A stretch of 64,000 bases of DNA from a virus (taxonomy: Duplodnaviria > Caudoviricetes). The position numbers and the translations under genes are program-made. The stretch's first letter is position 1, and each line of letters opens with the position of its first letter. Positions 62,118 to 64,000 of this stretch are shown one piece after another. The DNA is taken from positions 33,018-97,017 of the IMG/VR virus record IMGVR_UViG_3300011113_000265. One strand, given 5' to 3'. The notes beneath the pieces are model-generated. The model made no database searches and had not been told where the DNA came from. It saw only the letters and a program-made list of their open reading frames with translations.

Positions 62118-63029
62118 TTAAAATACGTTTAATTGTTTAACTAAATAAGGATAAATATAATCTTGACCATCATTATCAGGTTTATAATCTTGATAACTAT
62201 TAGTACAATAAATACCATCAAAGTATTGACCTAATTCTTCTAATCCTTTAGAGAATATACCGTGAGTTACTATAAGATAGATTTTAGGCTTTGGGTTAAA
62301 TAATTCATATTGCATTTTAATTTCTTTAGCAATATTAATAAAAGTTGCTCCACCATCACATATATCATCAATTATAATAATATCCTTGTATAACTCATCA
62401 ATATGATCAATTGGTACTACAGTTTTAGTCAACTTACCATCAATATCTCTATCTTTACTACAAGTAATAATATCTCCTTTATAACCTATTTGTTCAGCTA
62501 ATTTATAGATTTTCTTACTTGCACCTGCATCTGGTGATACTAAAATAAATTCTTCTCCATATAATTTTAAAGGTCCTAAAAAAGTATCTAGTGCTTTTCT
62601 TACTAATTCTTCATTAGATATTTTTCTAAATCCTTTAATACAAGCTTCAAGTACATCACTATGAGGATCAATACAAGTAACTGTTTTAAAGTTTAAAGAA
62701 TTAATAATAGGACAAATAACATCACGTAGATAATTATTCCCTCCTTCTTCAAACTTTCTATCACTTCTAGCACCTATAATATATGGAACATAAAGATGAA
62801 TTTCTTCTACACCTAATTCGCGTAAAGATGCTACAGTACATACAATAAGTTCTAAATCTAACCAATTGTTTAAACGTGATTTGATTTCAATAGAATCATT
62901 AGCTTCTATATGAGAAAAGGTATCTCTATTATTAGATAAAATAACAATATTTTGTTGACCATCAGGAAACTTACTGATTTTATATTTAATATCTGACTTA
63001 TCTAAGTCTACTAAGTTTAATGTTTTCAT
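62118..63029 (-). CDS. prs: Ribose-phosphate pyrophosphokinase-like protein (candidate Adps of NARP1)
   Basis: FPDGQ, PYIIGARSDR, DPHS, SPDAGASKK, IIDDICDGGATF, VTHGIFS. Confidence 0.9.
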   Translation of the reverse strand: MKTLNLVDLDKSDIKYKISKFPDGQQNIVILSNNRDTFSHIEANDSIEIKSRLNNWLDLELIVCTVASLRELGVEEIHLYVPYIIGARSDRKFEEGGNNYLRDVICPIINSLNFKTVTCIDPHSDVLEACIKGFRKISNEELVRKALDTFLGPLKLYGEEFILVSPDAGASKKIYKLAEQIGYKGDIITCSKDRDIDGKLTKTVVPIDHIDELYKDIIIIDDICDGGATFINIAKEIKMQYELFNPKPKIYLIVTHGIFSKGLEELGQYFDGIYCTNSYQDYKPDNDGQDYIYPYLVKQLNVF

Positions 63030-63034
63030 ATTTA

Positions 63035-63247
63035 TTATGTTACAATATCTACTTTATGACTATAATCTTTTAATAAACTATCTAAACATTCAAAACAAGC
63101 TTCATTAGCATCTATTTTATTTAACCATTTAGCTCTAAATAGTTCTACATAATTCATTACAGCTTTCTTATGTTTAATAGTATTGTTAGAATTACTAATA
63201 ACATTAACTGTTTTAGTATAATCTTTTAAAAATTGAGGATTACTCAT
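63035..63247 (-). CDS. Hypothetical protein
   Basis: 70 aa ORF in operon. Confidence 0.55.
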   Translation of the reverse strand: MSNPQFLKDYTKTVNVISNSNNTIKHKKAVMNYVELFRAKWLNKIDANEACFECLDSLLKDYSHKVDIVT

Positions 63248-63530
63248 TTATTTCAGTTTTAGGTTCTTCTTTACTTAATTGTGAATATTTTTCCATAGCC
63301 TTTTGAAATACTAAAGGTCTATATACTTCATATAAAGCTTCTTTATCTGTTTTAGATAATTTAATTGTTTTATTATATACATCTTTAGCAAATTGATCTA
63401 ATTCTTCAAAAGATAGTTTTTTATATTCTTCAAGTTTACTAATATATCTGTTTGCTATTTTAGCTTGTTGAGAACTTTTAAATAATTGTTTTAAAACACG
63501 TTTTTGGTGTCTATTTTGTGATTGAGCCAT
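63240..63530 (-). CDS. Hypothetical protein
   Basis: 96 aa ORF with AT-rich leader. Confidence 0.6.
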   Translation of the reverse strand: MAQSQNRHQKRVLKQLFKSSQQAKIANRYISKLEEYKKLSFEELDQFAKDVYNKTIKLSKTDKEALYEVYRPLVFQKAMEKYSQLSKEEPKTEINE

Positions 63531-63585
63531 AGGTTATTAATTTTAATTGTTGTGTATGCGATATAATTTAGCGGGTAGCGGGTAG

Positions 63586-63813
63586 TTAGCGGCAATTTAG
63601 TAACCGCTTCCAAACCACCCTGTATGCTTCATATTCGTATTTGAGACCATCTCCACGTTGGATATAAAATTTACCATCGTGGTATCTACCTAATAATATT
63701 GTTGTAAAATCTCGTACTTTAAATAGATAAATATCGTGAGATAAAATGCCACTAACAGCACCTAAACAAGATGGCTCATTTCCGTTTTCTAATGAAGTTT
63801 TTTCTGTGTTCAT
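63586..63813 (-). CDS. Small cassette-like ORF starting inside an attC-like hairpin
   Basis: 75 aa; codons for EPSCLGAVSG overlap the hairpin arm, stop TAA lies in TGCCGCTAAC. Confidence 0.6.
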   Translation of the reverse strand: MNTEKTSLENGNEPSCLGAVSGILSHDIYLFKVRDFTTILLGRYHDGKFYIQRGDGLKYEYEAYRVVWKRLLNCR

Positions 63814-63884
63814 ACTTTTGTTCTTTTAATTAAGTTACGAGGTATTAATCAGCCACCTCGTTTAGCTGCGGCACGTTAGGCACA
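63747..63884. repeat. attC-like imperfect inverted repeat bounded by CTAAC ... GTTAG cores
   Basis: TGCCACTAAC-a-gcacctaaacaagatggct (63747-63776) ... agccacctcgtttagctgc-ggcac-GTTAGGCACA (63851-63884); inner arms match 16/19. Confidence 0.7.
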
Positions 63885-63900
63885 ATAGCACCCAACCGCA

Positions 63901-63999
63901 CTACTCTCGTTTATTAATTTTAATTGATTCGTCAGAAACTTTTTGAATACATTCTTTTAAAAATTCTAAAACTGCCTTATTTTCCTTTTCAAAATAATT
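63901..63999 (-). CDS. 3' end of an upstream cassette-like ORF (partial)
   Basis: Open frame NYFEKENKAVLEFLKECIQKVSDESIKINKRE* ending just before TGTGCCTAAC. Confidence 0.5.
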   Translation of the reverse strand, partial: NYFEKENKAVLEFLKECIQKVSDESIKINKRE

Positions 64000-64000
64000 A

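Noticed and set aside
1-64000. Stop-codon reassignment, known in some crAss-like phages
   Set aside because: Genes up to 2148 aa are open in the standard code, and apparent truncations are explained by introns or the split gene
1-64000. CRISPR array, rRNA or tRNA genes, integrase, DGR reverse transcriptase
   Set aside because: No regularly spaced repeats, full cloverleaf or matching protein motifs seen by eye; short elements could be missed without a search

Overview
AT-rich 64 kb piece of a crAss-like (Crassvirales-type) Bacteroidota phage genome, read in the standard genetic code. The + arm (1-32.1 kb) holds tail genes and the giant virion cargo/ejection proteins, including a phi14:2 gp66-type virion RNA polymerase (GSDYDIDK). 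The - arm (32.1-64 kb) converges on it at a bidirectional terminator and carries PhoH, class II RNR, exonucleases, dUTPase, RusA, primase, SSB, ATPase, helicase, a cluster of three glutamine amidotransferases plus three amide/peptide ligases, a family B DNA polymerase and a Prs-like + NAMPT-like pair (NARP1-type NAD+ reconstitution). Reading the DNA resolves three group I introns the ORF track misses: two in polB (around a 66-nt catalytic micro-exon, one carrying a GIY-YIG ORF) and one in a class I GATase. The NAMPT-like gene is split in two around an antisense HNH gene with no splicing signals. Top leads: (1) an attC-like, integron-style cassette structure at the right edge, where the hairpin itself encodes the ORF start; (2) lone terminal cysteines that could chain consecutive ejection proteins head to tail; (3) the split NAD+ reconstitution enzyme; (4) the GATase/ligase pathway. 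All calls are from motif recognition by eye; no searches were run.
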